DNA of 64,000 nt from Okamejei kenojei (Eukaryota): NCBI GenBank assembly GCA_035221665.1, contig CM069160.1, forward strand, positions 34,286,001 to 34,350,000, written 5' to 3'. This document shows positions 25,672-37,700 of the stretch, piece by piece. The notes beneath the pieces were generated by a model, which saw only the letters and a program-made list of their open reading frames with translations, did not search any database and was not told the DNA's origin. Position 1 is the first letter of the stretch, and each line of letters opens with the position of its first letter. The translations under genes were made by a program, and so were the position numbers.

Positions 25672-26240
25672 CTCGTGTCCTCCTGCAGTTGTACCGGGCC
25701 CTAGTGAGACCACACCTGGAGTATTGTGTGTAGTTTTGGTCTCCAAACTTGAGGAAGGACATTCCTGCTATTGAGGGAGTGCAGCGTAGGTTCACCAGGT
25801 TAATTCCCGGGATGGCTGGACTGTCATATGCTGATTGAATGGAGCGGCTGGGCTTGTACACTCTGGAATTTAGAAGGATGAGAGGAGATCTTATTGTAAC
25901 ATCAAAAACTACTAAGAGGACACGCTAGAGGCAGGAAACATGTTCCCGATGTTGGGGGAGTCCAGAACCAGGGGCCACAGTTTACGAATAAGGGGTAAAC
26001 CATTTAGAACGGAGATGAGGAAACACTTTTCCACGACAGAGTTGTGAGTCTGTGGAATTCTCTGCCTCAGGTGGAGGCCAGTTCTCAAGACAGAGCTAGA
26101 TATGTCTCTTAAAGTTAGCGGAGACAGGGGATATGGGGAGAAGGCAGGAACGGGGTACTGATCGTGGATGATCAGCCATGAATGGCGGTGCTAGTTCGAA
26201 GGGCCGAATGGCCTACTCCTGCTCCTATTGTCTATTGTGT
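25672..26240 (+). mobile_element. CR1 LINE 3' fragment
   Basis: GTGAGACCACACCTGGAGTATTGTG...GAATGGCCTACTCCTGCTCC, typical CR1 3' end. Confidence 0.85.
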
Positions 26241-26534
26241 CCAATGTGGACAGTTATCTCAGCCAAGGCGCCTGCATTTACTTGCTCTCGCTTCCCACAC
26301 TGCCCTCGGATAGAACTAGTCAGGGTCAGAGTTTATCTCGACTGTGTGTTACAGAGACAAGAATAAATAAAACGCCTTTGAAACGGTGAACAAGGTAAAA
26401 TATTCTGAGAGAGACTAATCCAGTCTGGGTAATGACTACACAAGCAGTCTGCTTTCAATCAGCAAATGGTTGAAAGTGTTGCCGGCTGACCTCCCAAGCA
26501 ACATTGACACATCAGCGGTATGAAGTCCGCCTTC

Positions 26535-26662
26535 ACCTACCTGTTCTCCCGGTAGCTCAGCACTTTAATTCCCCGTCCCATTCTCAATCTGACCTTTCTG
26601 TCCTGAGCCTACTCCATTGTCAGTGTGAGGCCCAGCGGTCATTGGAGGAACAGCACCAGATC
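26535..26662 (+). mobile_element. Penelope-like fragment
   Basis: PVAQHFNSPSHSQSDLSVLSLLHCQ...LEEQH. Confidence 0.75.
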
Positions 26663-27553
26663 GTCAGGACAGTGTCCCAGGCCCCGCCATCCCATGCTCA
26701 CGGCAACATGGGAGCTGGAGGAGCAATTAGACCCGCCATCATGCCCACCCCACTCCTCCTCTCTCCCACTTATCCATCCAACATATCTCGGTCCAGCATA
26801 TATTTATCCACCTCCACTTTCAATACATCCAGTGATCCAATGTCCATGGATATAGAGAATTCCAGAAAGCGTGGCTACAGGTGGCGCCGACCTGAGAATA
26901 AAAGATGACCCTGTCAGCGGCCTCCAGCTCCTTAAATGAATGGCAAATATCATCTCACCCCCTGATTATTTGTATTGTTCCCACATCTTTTGGCCAGAAT
27001 CATTGTCTGTCCTAGTTGCTATTCAGGGAGTGCAGCGTAGATTTACGAATTAATTCCCGGGTTGGTGGGACTGTCATATGATCTCTGGTCATCGCGAGAG
27101 AAACAAGAACAAATGAGAGAGCAGACACCTGGGAGCATCGTTCACTGTTTATTCCACTGGACAATATAACCTCACCCCCTGGTTATTTGTATTGTTCCCA
27201 CATCTTTTGACTTCAGAATCATTTTCTGTCCTTTGACAGGTTTGATGATGGGTGACTGACGAAATTCCCGGGAGAAGATTCGTCCCGGACCCGGCCCCCG
27301 TGACAGGAGACTCAAGGAGCAGATTGTAAAGGGAGCCGGGGTCTCGGTGCGGAGCCTGGAGTCCTTTGGCCACCAGTTGCCCTTGGCCACCCCGCACAAG
27401 GTGTGACCTTTCACCCCCTGGTCAACAGTGAGTGGGGGTGGTGGACACCGGCAGCGGGGAAGGAGGTGGAGGGGGGGTCACAGCTTCCCGCCCATCACGG
27501 GTCTAACTCTCTCTCTCTCTGTCTCCCCCTCAGGCACTGACCCCTCCACTGGG

Positions 27554-27611
27554 ATGGGAGTGGTTCACTGCGCTGTGTTGTTACTGCACGGGATCCTCAG
27601 CTCAGTCCACG
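27554..27611 (+). CDS. BTN-like signal-peptide exon ([20 protein letters not shown])
   Basis: Acceptor CAG at 27531-27533, GGGATGG Kozak context, donor G|GTAATG. Confidence 0.8.
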
Positions 27612-30600
27612 GTAATGACCACAACATCTGGTCTGATTTCTATTTATTTATCTCATGGAGGCGGCTTCATGGGGTCAGAAGATTCATATTTTAAAATCGC
27701 TCATTTTAATGCAGTTGTCCACATCACTTAATACGATCAGTAAGGAGGTTCTTCCTCCCTCTGTGGGCGATGTTGGTACCTGCAGGAGGAGGAGGCAACT
27801 TCATTTTTGTGGATAATCGGGATAGCAGGAAGCAGAGAGTGGATGCTGATCGTTTTACTCTCAGGGTTCCAAGATGTAAGGAGTTGTGTCCCACGGGGAT
27901 TGGTGTTGAGACCCCAATGTTATATAAAAAAAATAATTGTGAACAACCAGTGAAAATGTTCATATCCTGGCTTCATCCCTGGATTATATGGTCATAAGTG
28001 ATAGGAGCAAATAAAGGTCATTTCGCCCATCAGGTCTACTCTGCCATTCAATCTGGGCTGATCTATCTCTCCCTCCCTAACCCCATTAGAGTCATAGAGC
28101 CATTGAGTGATACAGCGTGGAAACAGGCCCTTTGGCCCAACTAGCCCCCACCGGCCAACAATGTCCCAGCTACATTAGTCCCACCTGCCTGCGCTTGGTC
28201 CATATCCCTGCAAACCTGTCCTATCCATGTACCTGTCTAACTGTTTTTAATCGCTGGGATAGTCCCAGCCTCAACTACCTCCTCTGGCAGCTTGTTCCAT
28301 ACACCCACCATGTGTGAGAATGTTACCCCTCGGATTCCTATTAAATCTTTTCCCCTTCACCTTGAACCTATGTCCTCTGGTCCTCTACTCTGGAGAAAAT
28401 ACTTTGTTTATCTACCCGATCTATTCCTCTCATGATTTTGTACACCTCTATAAGATCTCCCCTCACCCTCCTGCCCTCCATGGAACAGAGACCCAGCCTA
28501 CTCAACCTCTCCCTGCAGCTCACACCCTCTAGTCCTGGCAACATCCTCGTAAATCTTCTCTGAACATTCTCAAGCTTAACAATATATTTAATATAACATG
28601 GTGCCCTGAACTGAACACAATATTCTAAATGCGGTCTCACCAACCTTATACAAATGCAACATGAGCTGCCAAGTTCTGTACTCAATACTTTGACTGATGA
28701 AGGCCAAAGAGCCAAAGGCCTTTTTGACCACCTCATCGACCTGCGACTCGACCTTCAATAAGAGGTTCCCCGTATTGATTTCCTAAATAATCATGTTTTC
28801 AATTATTTGAATTGACCCGCAGGTGAATTTCTCGTTATTGTACCGGGCGATGGTTTTGTAGCCACTGTAGGTGGGGATGTGGTGTTGGAATGTCAGCTTG
28901 TCCCAGATATATTGACCAGCAACATGGTCGTGCAGTGGAGGAGGTCAGGTCTCACCTCGCCAGTCCTCGTGTACAGACAAGGACACAATGACACCCTCGC
29001 TCAACACCAGGATTACAGAGCAAGAGCCGAACTGTTTAAAGATGAAGTGGCCAAAGGGAACATTTCCCTCAGAATAAAGAACGTAAGAAGATTTGATGAA
29101 GGGGAATATACATGTTCAGTTGCAGAGGGAACTGAGTATGAAGCATCTCCAGCTCAACTGCGAGTTCGAGGTGAGTAAGTAAAACACCGATTGTTGACGA
29201 TAAATGTGAAAAGAACAAATGGTAAAGAGCGTTCAATCTACAATGTTGATTTATAATTACATAATTAAGAACGTGCTGTTGCAATGTTTACATTGAGAAG
29301 TAACTTGAGTAAATGGAGAAAGGGTTTCGGCCCAAAACGTTGCCTGTTTCCTTCGCTCCATAGATGCTGCCTCACCCGCTGTGTCTCTCCAGCATGTTTG
29401 TCTACCTTTGAGTAAATGGAGGGCAGCCATGGGAATGTGTTTAACTGGAGTTCCATCACATCTGTCCCAGTGTTTTTAATTGAGGGGAGTGGAGAATGGA
29501 TGTTGCGAAGCCTCATCACAGTTGTATAGGATGCTGGTGAGACCTCACCTGGGGCACTGTGCACAGTCTTTGTCTCCTTACTGAAGGCAAAATGTACTCG
29601 CCATATACAGCATATATGTACACATATGTATATTTATACTCTCCCTTTGAAACTCCACCTCGTTGCGCTCATTTCCCAAATCAAGGTCAAGTATAATCCC
29701 ACCGAGCGATGGATTAACTGCCTAGTGTGTCAGGAAACCCTCCTAGATGCATCGAACAAATGCTGCCACATCTAAGTCCTTGCCCTACAGGCATTCAAGG
29801 TCAATATTGGCTGGTTGTGGAGGATGACACCAATTTTCCCAATAATGACCGCGAGTGCTACTTCCAGGTGGCCATATACTCGGACCCCTGGATATCTCCG
29901 TCCCACCACACTCTCCAGGGCCCAGCCATGTACCCTGTCACTCTCAGCCTGGATTTAATTACCGCGATGCTGACAACATTCAGCAGGTCAGGCAGCATCT
30001 GGGGAGAGAGAAGCAGAGTTGACATTTCTGCTCGATGACTTTCCATTGGAACTAGAAATAATTAGAAATTGTACGCATTGTTGCAAGAGGTTTGAGTACT
30101 TGAACAAAATGCTGCTTGGTCCAAGTTGCTATTCTTCCTGACTATTGTTATTTCTACATCTGTCACTGATGCAGCTTTGGGGAGTTTGCCCCGGATTCGG
30201 TTGCAGGGACACCAGGGAGATGGAATCCAGCTCGTGTGTAAGTCCGGTGGATGGTATCCTGGACCAGAGATGCTGTGGATCGGCGAGGATGGACAGGTTT
30301 TACCACCAGCTGAAACAATGTACCACGAAGATACGGAAGGTCTTGTAAATGTAGAGCGCAACGTAACAGTAACGAGGCAATCAACAAACAAGTTCAAGTG
30401 TGTTGTTCAATACAGATGGTTAAACATACGACGTGAGGCAGTCGTTAAAATATCAGGTTTGTAAACGTTTCTGTTTGATCATTGAAGTATAAAGGTGATT
30501 TACATTCCATTGAAACCCCGACTGCCCAGAATGCTCACTGAGGAGCTCACATGTTTCTCACTGATGATTTATCCACATCTCACTTCTGTGGGGAAATGAT

Positions 30601-32937
30601 CTCTGATTTTTAAAGACAGTTTACTATATTCACCCTTCACTGTCTTCACTCTACAGATTATATCTTCCCTGGAGTTCCTGACTGGGCCCTGCCGCTGGTC
30701 CTCACCATTTGTCTTCTCATTGCCGCCCACGGTGCTGTGTTTTATTGGAACGTGAAACAAAACAGACGCATTAAAGGTACGTTAAACAACAGCGTAAGAT
30801 GCAGGTCAGGAAATCCGGGCGGGATTCTGCCAGATTCCCACTGTAACTTCAGTGGAAAACCAGAGCACTCTCCGCGGGGCTTCCACCTTCCAGCGGTAAC
30901 TGTTGCCCCTGGAGAGAGTATCAGTGTCCCGGGAGGTGGGGGATAATGGGGTAAAGGGGCAGATGTGACATATGTGTGTGCATGAGGCGGTGCCGTGGGA
31001 GGAGATTTAACCGGACACAGAGTTACTTGGACTTGTCTCTGTTTCCTGTATTTGATCTCCACTGTGGAGAGACGGATCACAGATGAGGTGATCACTTGGA
31101 TGAACATCTCTGTTCAGTTCCCCGTTGTCAACCTGAGCTTTTGCTCACTTGTCACTTTCATTGCGTGTCCCGTCCCAGTGTGAGCTCTCTCTCGCTCTCC
31201 TACACTGATCTAATGAGGCTGAGCAGAGGCTGGGGAACCGCCCGCCTTTGAATCAGGCATATCGCAGCCTTCCACATTCAACATTGTCCTCAACCGTTTC
31301 ACACAATGGTCACCGTGTTCACATTTTCCTACAGCAACTATTGGTTACATAGAAACATAGAAAATAGGCGCAGGAGGAGGCCATTCGGCACTTCGAGCCA
31401 GCACCGCCATTCATGGCTGATCATCCCCAGTCAATATCCCGTGCCTGCCTTCTCCCTATACCCCTTGATTCCACTAGCCCCTAGAGTTCAATCTAACTAT
31501 CTCTTAAATCCATCCAGTGATTTGGCCTCCACTGCCCTCTATGGTAGGGAATTCCACAGATTCACAACTCTCTGGGTGAAAAAGTTTTTCTCACCTCAGT
31601 CTTAAATGGCCTCCCCTTTATTCTATAACTGTGGCCCCTGGGTCTGGACTCACCCAACATTGGGAACATTTTTCCTGCATCTAGCTTGTCCAGTCCTTTT
31701 ATAATTTTATATGTTTCTATAAGATGCCCTCTCATCCTTCTACACTCTAGTGAATACAAGCTTAGTCTTTTCAAACTTTTCTCATATGACAGTCCCGCCA
31801 TCCCAGGGATCAATCTCGTGAACCTACGCTGCACTGCCTCAATCACAAGGATGTCCTTCCTCAAATTAGGAGACCAAAACTGTACACCATACTCCTGATG
31901 TGGTCTCACCAGAGTCCCATACAGCTGCAGAAGAACCTCTCTACTATACTGAAATCGTCTTGTTATGAAGGCCCACATTCCATTCGCTTTCTTCACTGCC
32001 TGCTGTACCTGCATGCCAACTTTCAGTGACCGGTGTACAAGGACACCCAGGTCTCGCTGCACCTCCCCCTTCCCTAACCTAACCCCATTGAGATAATAAT
32101 CTGCCCCCTTGTTTATGCCGCCAAAGTGGATAACCTCACATTTATCTACATTATACTGCATCTGCCACGCATCTGCCCACTCACTCAACCTGCAACCTCC
32201 TAACATCCTCTTCACAGTTCACACTGCCACCCAGCTTCGTGTCATCCGCAAACTTGCTAGTGTTGCTCTTAATTCCCTCTTCCAAATCATTAATATATAT
32301 GGTAAACAGTTGCGGCCCCAACACCGAGCCTTGCGGCACTCCACTCGCCGCTGCCTGTCATTCTGAAAAGGACACGTTCACTCCAACACTTTGCTTCCTG
32401 TCTGCCAACATATTTTCTATCCATGTCAACACCCTACACCCAATACCATGTGCTCTAATTTTAGTCACCAGTCTCCCGTGCGGGACCTCATCAAAGGCTT
32501 TCTGAAAGTCCAGATACACTACATCCACTGGCACCCCTTCATCCATTTTACTTGTCGCGGGTGAATCATTGAAACGTCCCCGGACCCACAGTGTATTTAC
32601 TCACCTGATCCGTTCCTCGTCATTCCCCTCTCCTGCCCTTCACATGCTACACAACATTTGTTTTCCTGCCTTTATTTGCCGCTACACTTGTCTCACACCT
32701 GTCACCATCTGACATTGTCCAGGCCTGATGAGACCCTGTCAACGTGAACCAGGAATTCTGTTCCTCTCTGCAGCTGCCTGACCCGCGTGGACCTTCCCTC
32801 ATTGTCTGCACTTATTTCCAGCCTTGTTTGGATTGACCTCTGACTCTGATAGTCATTGTCTCTGATGCTCATTGTTCAAATGTAACACTGGTTTCTCCTT
32901 CCAGAGCTGGAACGGCGCAAATCCATCGTAGAACTTG
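27554..32937 (+). CDS. Butyrophilin-like (BTN/BTNL, B7-family) gene: join(27554-27611, 28823-29170, 30175-30456, 30657-30776, 32905-32937); 3' end unresolved
   Basis: Five phase-1 exons (58, 348, 282, 120, 33 bp) with canonical AG/GT splice in frame without stops: signal, IgV, IgC, TM, short charged exon. The 348/282-bp Ig exon sizes are typical of BTNs. Confidence 0.9.
27985..28760 (-). mobile_element. CR1 fragments in BTN intron 1
   Basis: [23 protein letters not shown]. Confidence 0.85.
28823..29170 (+). CDS. BTN-like IgV exon
   Basis: [54 protein letters not shown]; CAG|...|GTGAGT. Confidence 0.95.
29319..29407 (+). mobile_element. Short Penelope-derived insertion with 14-bp TSD
   Basis: TTGAGTAAATGGAG at 29305-29318 and 29408-29421; empty site in the paralogue at ~44070-44095. 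Confidence 0.8.
30175..30456 (+). CDS. BTN-like IgC exon
   Basis: [34 protein letters not shown]...FKCVV; CAG|...|GTTTGT. Confidence 0.95.
30657..30776 (+). CDS. BTN-like transmembrane exon
   Basis: [40 protein letters not shown]; CAG|...|GTACGT. Confidence 0.88.
31345..32557 (-). mobile_element. CR1 LINE RT and 3' fragment
   Basis: [38 protein letters not shown]. Confidence 0.9.
32905..32937 (+). CDS. Short cytoplasmic (heptad/coiled-coil type) exon [11 protein letters not shown]
   Basis: TTTCTCCTTCCAG acceptor, G|GTAAGA donor, symmetric phase 1, 33 bp. Confidence 0.7.
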
Positions 32938-32977
32938 GTAAGAATTTAGTAAAGAAATATTCCCAAATGAGAAGGAA

Positions 32978-33140
32978 TGGCGACACAGTGGTGCTGCTGG
33001 GAGAATTGATATCTCACAGCCCCAGAGACGCGGGTTCGATCCTGACCTCGGGTGCTGTCTGTGAGGAGTTTGCATGTTCTCCCTGTGACGGGTTTCTCCG
33101 GGTGCTCCGGTTTTCTCCCACATCCCGAAGACGTGCGTGT
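32978..33140 (+). mobile_element. tRNA-derived V-SINE (HE1-like)
   Basis: A/B-box-like head (GGTTCGATCC) followed by V-domain-like GGAGTTTGCATGTTCTCCCTGTG...TTTCTCCGGGTGCTCCGGTTTTCTCCCACA. Confidence 0.8.
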
Positions 33141-33370
33141 ATGTGCGTTAATTTCAGGAATGCCGATGGAGTACAAGCCCCAATCAGCACCAGTGGTGGT
33201 GAAGTGCAAGTGGGTGAGAGCCTCGTGTAATCTCCTGTTAATATCCCCAGTGATCTGTTGTGGACCAGGTACAGTGAAGCAACAGCCAAGATGTCACCCA
33301 ATGTCTCTACTGGCTTAGGAGACTGAGGAGATTCAGCATGTCTGGCCGAGATCGTAATTACTGAAAGATA

Positions 33371-33900
33371 TAGATGTAGCCCAGTCCCACACAGACCACA
33401 CTCCCCACCATTGTAGATGTAGCCCAGTCCCACACAGACCACACTCCCCACCATTGTAGATGTAACCCAGTCCCACACAGACCACACTCCCCACCATTGA
33501 CGCTGCTTTGGAAAAGCTGCCAACACAATCAAAGACTTGTCCCTGTCCCACCTTTTTCTCACTGCTCCCTTCCGGCAGAAGGTACAGAAGCTAGAAAGCG
33601 CGCACCACCAGACTAAGGAACAGCTTCTTCCCCTCTGTCATCAGGCTTCTGAACGGCCCTCCCGTAGGCTAGGGTACTGTGCGATTCACCGCTGCCCCAT
33701 TGTGTCCATTGGACCTTGTCTGTGTAGCTGATGTACTTCACTGCTGAGAACTATATTCTGCACTCGGTAGCTTCCCCTTAGCTCTGCCTGTTGTCCTTGG
33801 CCTGGACCTGATTGTATTAATGCATCGTGTTGATCTGATCCGATTGGATGACATGCACAACTAAGCTTTTCACTGTACCTCAGCACACGTGTCAATAATC
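33371..33900 (+). mobile_element. Degenerate LINE 3' fragment with a 43-bp unit triplicated at 33371-33499
   Basis: Three copies of TAGATGTAGCCCAGTCCCACACAGACCACACTCCCCACCATTG, then Rex1-like 3' sequence. Confidence 0.65.
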
Positions 33901-34750
33901 CACCTAAACCCCTCAATTATTAGGAATATGGGTCTGGACCCGAAACCTCACCCATTTCCTCTCTCCGGAGATGCTGTGTGTCCCGCTGAGTTACTCCAGC
34001 ATTTTGTGTCTATCGTTGGGTTATTATTGCACTTGTATCAGCACAGTGAGAATATTTTGTCCGTGTGTTATCCCATTACAGCATCATATTATACATGAGT
34101 GAGATCAGCCATCTATAATTCCAACATGTGGAGCACAGGGAATAATCCCAGAGTGCAGATTGTGGTCCCAGCTGTGGGACCAGGATACTTACAACCCCTC
34201 CCCAGTGACTTCCCCACTCGGCACAGCTGTAATACTATCTCGTCTATTGNNNNNNNNNNNNNNNNNNNNNNNNNNNNNNNNNNNNNNNNNNNNNNNNNNN
34301 NNNNNNNNNNNNNNNNNNNNNNNNNNNNNNNNNNNNNNNNNNNNNNNNNNNNNNNNNNNNNNNNNNNNNNNNNNNNNNNNNNNNNNNNNNNNNNNNNNNN
34401 NNNNNNNNNNNNNNNNNNNNNNNNNNNNNNNNNNNNNNNNNNNNNNNNNNNNNNNNNNNNNNNNNNNNNNNNNNNNNNNNNNNNNNNNNNNNNNNNNNNN
34501 NNNNNNNNNNNNNNNNNNNNNNNNNNNNNNNNNNNNNNNNNNNNNNNNNNNNNNNNNNNNNNNNNNNNNNNNNNNNNNNNNNNNNNNNNNNNNNNNNNNN
34601 NNNNNNNNNNNNNNNNNNNNNNNNNNNNNNNNNNNNNNNNNNNNNNNNNNNNNNNNNNNNNNNNNNNNNNNNNNNNNNNNNNNNNNNNNNNNNNNNNNNN
34701 NNNNNNNNNNNNNNNNNNNNNNNNNNNNNNNNNNNNNNNNNNNNNNNNNC

Positions 34751-37700
34751 ATAGAGAGATAGTATAAAATAACATACATGAGAACCAGACTAATATCATT
34801 TCTTTCCATAAATAACTTTTAATGGTTTAAAGAAACATATAATAACCCTCCTTATAATCCGAGGGAATGATTACAAGTGATAAAAGATATAATGACTACA
34901 TAACTTTTTTGGGGATTATAGCAATCAATAATAAACAAAGCAGCGTGATTATAGTGATCCCAACGAACCCCCCCCCCCCCCCCCCCCGCGTGTCCAAAAG
35001 CTTGTCATAGTGTGAACAGGTTTATTGTAGAACTTTGAAATAAGTTTCTTCTTTTACTCCACCTCTGCGATTTTTAAAAAATGCCGAGTGGTACGTCCCG
35101 CCCCTTCCGCTGCGGACGTAGCTGCCGCCCTGGGTGGAGTGAGATTTGAACACACATCAGTGTCCCTACTCCCGCTAAAAGCAGCCAAACCTGTTTTCAA
35201 CCATTTCGAGATAGATTGAACTGAAGCTTTGTGTGTGGTTATTTTTGTGCGTAACATTAACGTTTTTTCATTTCCAGAAGGTTTCATGACTTTAAGTATA
35301 TTAGGTTCAAATGTCTAACCAACAACACAAAGTAGGATCAATAGGATAAGCTTGAAAGGTTACCTTAGCTCCAGATCTCCCTAGTCTGCTTTGTTTGATC
35401 AGATCGTAAACATAGAACACAATGTTATCTGCAGTCACATGCATACAGTCAAACGCAACATTTGTAAAAGTTTTGCAACTCTTTTGAGCTGAGACCAATG
35501 ACATTACCTTATTAATTTCAATGTTAATCTTTCCAATGTCAATCCTTCAATTGGAGTCCATTTGTCCTAAGTAAGTAAGTACAGATGCTCACATCCCAAA
35601 TCTCTGTGTATCTAGGTTTGGAGGATAATGTGAAAGATTCCTTTCATGAATCTAGATATTATGGATTGATTCCAATTGATCTCTGTCAACATGAGTCCCT
35701 AAATAATATGATAAGGCACAGCGTGCAGTGTTATAGCACTGTAACTTAAAATGTTTTGCTCAAAGTGCAAATGGCAAGAATTCCAAAACATTTACAATAT
35801 TCACAGTATCATAAGAAATATTTGACTGTGTGCAAAATTTCTTCCCACTTCTTAATATGTGTCATATATTGTTTTTTGTGTGCTATCGCGGCCATGATTG
35901 CGACTATAACTCCATCAGTTTTGTCCGACAATCCCAGCTCCTGTTAGTGGTCTGGTCAAAACCTGCAGATTAATTAATTCATATAATGCATATAATGGAT
36001 AAATTTCATTGTTACTGGATTAATCAAGATATCACTACAGTTAGGAATCGACAAATATGGTTTTCTTTAAGCATATTCAGCATTAATGTGAACCAAGGTT
36101 GTGTTGGCCAATTTGGAACTACCACAATCCAGAGGCAGAATCTTGTTCTATTTTCTTCAGACATTGCTGAATCAATGGCAAATGGTGGAAACGCAATAAA
36201 AAACAATTCCCCCAATTTACGAAAAAGCATATACTGCTACTCGCATCTGGATCGTGTATCCCAAGACACATATTTAGGTAATTGATGATTAAGCCTTGAT
36301 GCAAACAAATCAATTTCTGGTAAGCCAAATCGGTTTACAAGATTCTTTAAATATTCTGGCTTAAGCATCCATCCGTAGTAATCTTAAATATCCTTTATCA
36401 TTTATCTGCCAACCGCACAGTTGTCATTACCTGGAAATGTAGTTTGCTGAAATCCAAATTTGGCGATCAATACACCAATGCCATTATTTCATTGACCAAC
36501 AAATCACATGACACTGATCTAACTCCCCTCCATGTGATTAATATATGCAACAGTCCGTTTATTGTCTAACTGTATTAATACTGTAGACCATTGTTTACAG
36601 CAACAATATGACTTTAAGTCCATAAAAAGCACCCAATAAGTCCAAATAGTTAATACCATAAAGTTTGAAGAAACGCTTCTTCTTAACTTTCCCTCTACCT
36701 CCACAACTGGAGGATTGAATCTGATGCCCCCCATCCGAGAGCACTAGCATCTGTTTGGTAAAAACCCATTTCAGGCTGTTTAATCAGAATATTTTAAGCA
36801 GCTTGTGGACATTTTTAAAACCCACCATTGTAAATTCCAACACAGCCTTCTTGTTAACTGCATAGGCCTACACAGTGGCATGCCTTCTCTTTGAGAGCTC
36901 TTATGTTGTCCCTTTGAAGATTTTGAAATGTAATGACCAAATTCTACTGCTGGAAATGCTGCTACTAGTTTACCAATGGTTTTTCGCTACTTTCTCGGAT
37001 GGAAGGATAAGTTTTGGTGAATGAGGTAATTACAAGTTACCAAAATATCATTGACTTTATCTTTGGTAAGGTTATTAACATAGTTCACTGAGTTTATTAC
37101 AAACCCCCAAAAATTAATTGTTTGTGCGGCTGCACTGGGACTATATTTGGATGAATCAAGAACCCAAGCTTTTCAAACGCGAAAGCTTTAGTAACTGGAA
37201 AACTGAGTTCTCAGCGACTCTTGATTATCATGTAATGATCAGAATGTCATCGAGTAAGCTATAACAATGTGTTTTTGTGCTCTATTGGCTAAAACTGGTT
37301 TTCAAAAAAGTTTCGTAAAGAGTCTAGGAGCTGAACTCATCCATTTGGCAAAGCTTTAAACTGCCAATAATTGCCCCCAACCAATTAAATTTCAAGTACC
37401 ATCCGAAGAATTATGGATATGTACAGAATAATAGGCGTCTTTTAAATCAATCTTAGCCATAATAAAACCTGCTGAAAATAAATATTTTGTAGTATTAAAT
37501 GGTCCTCCATCTTAAAATGTTTGTATTCTACAAACTTATATAGATCTGTAAGGTCCAGAATAATTCTGCAACCACCATCTTTATTTTATCTCTTCGAAAT
37601 ATATTAGAGACAAATTGATGACGCGTGTTCATAAGTCCTTTTCAATTACCTTTTTCAGATAATTTGTCAATTTCCATATTAATCTCTGCTTTTCACTTGC

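Noticed and set aside
26945-27235. ~70-bp direct repeat upstream of BTN1 as a regulatory element
   Set aside because: It flanks a small CR1 scrap, has no recognisable motif, and is absent upstream of BTN2.
32978-33050. tRNA gene
   Set aside because: The B-box-like motif continues into a V-SINE body; no cloverleaf evident.
34160-34249. WDQDTYNP as the start of the BTN1 B30.2 exon
   Set aside because: Only vague likeness to LDPDTA.P, wrong phase relative to the nearest AG, and no downstream PRY motifs.
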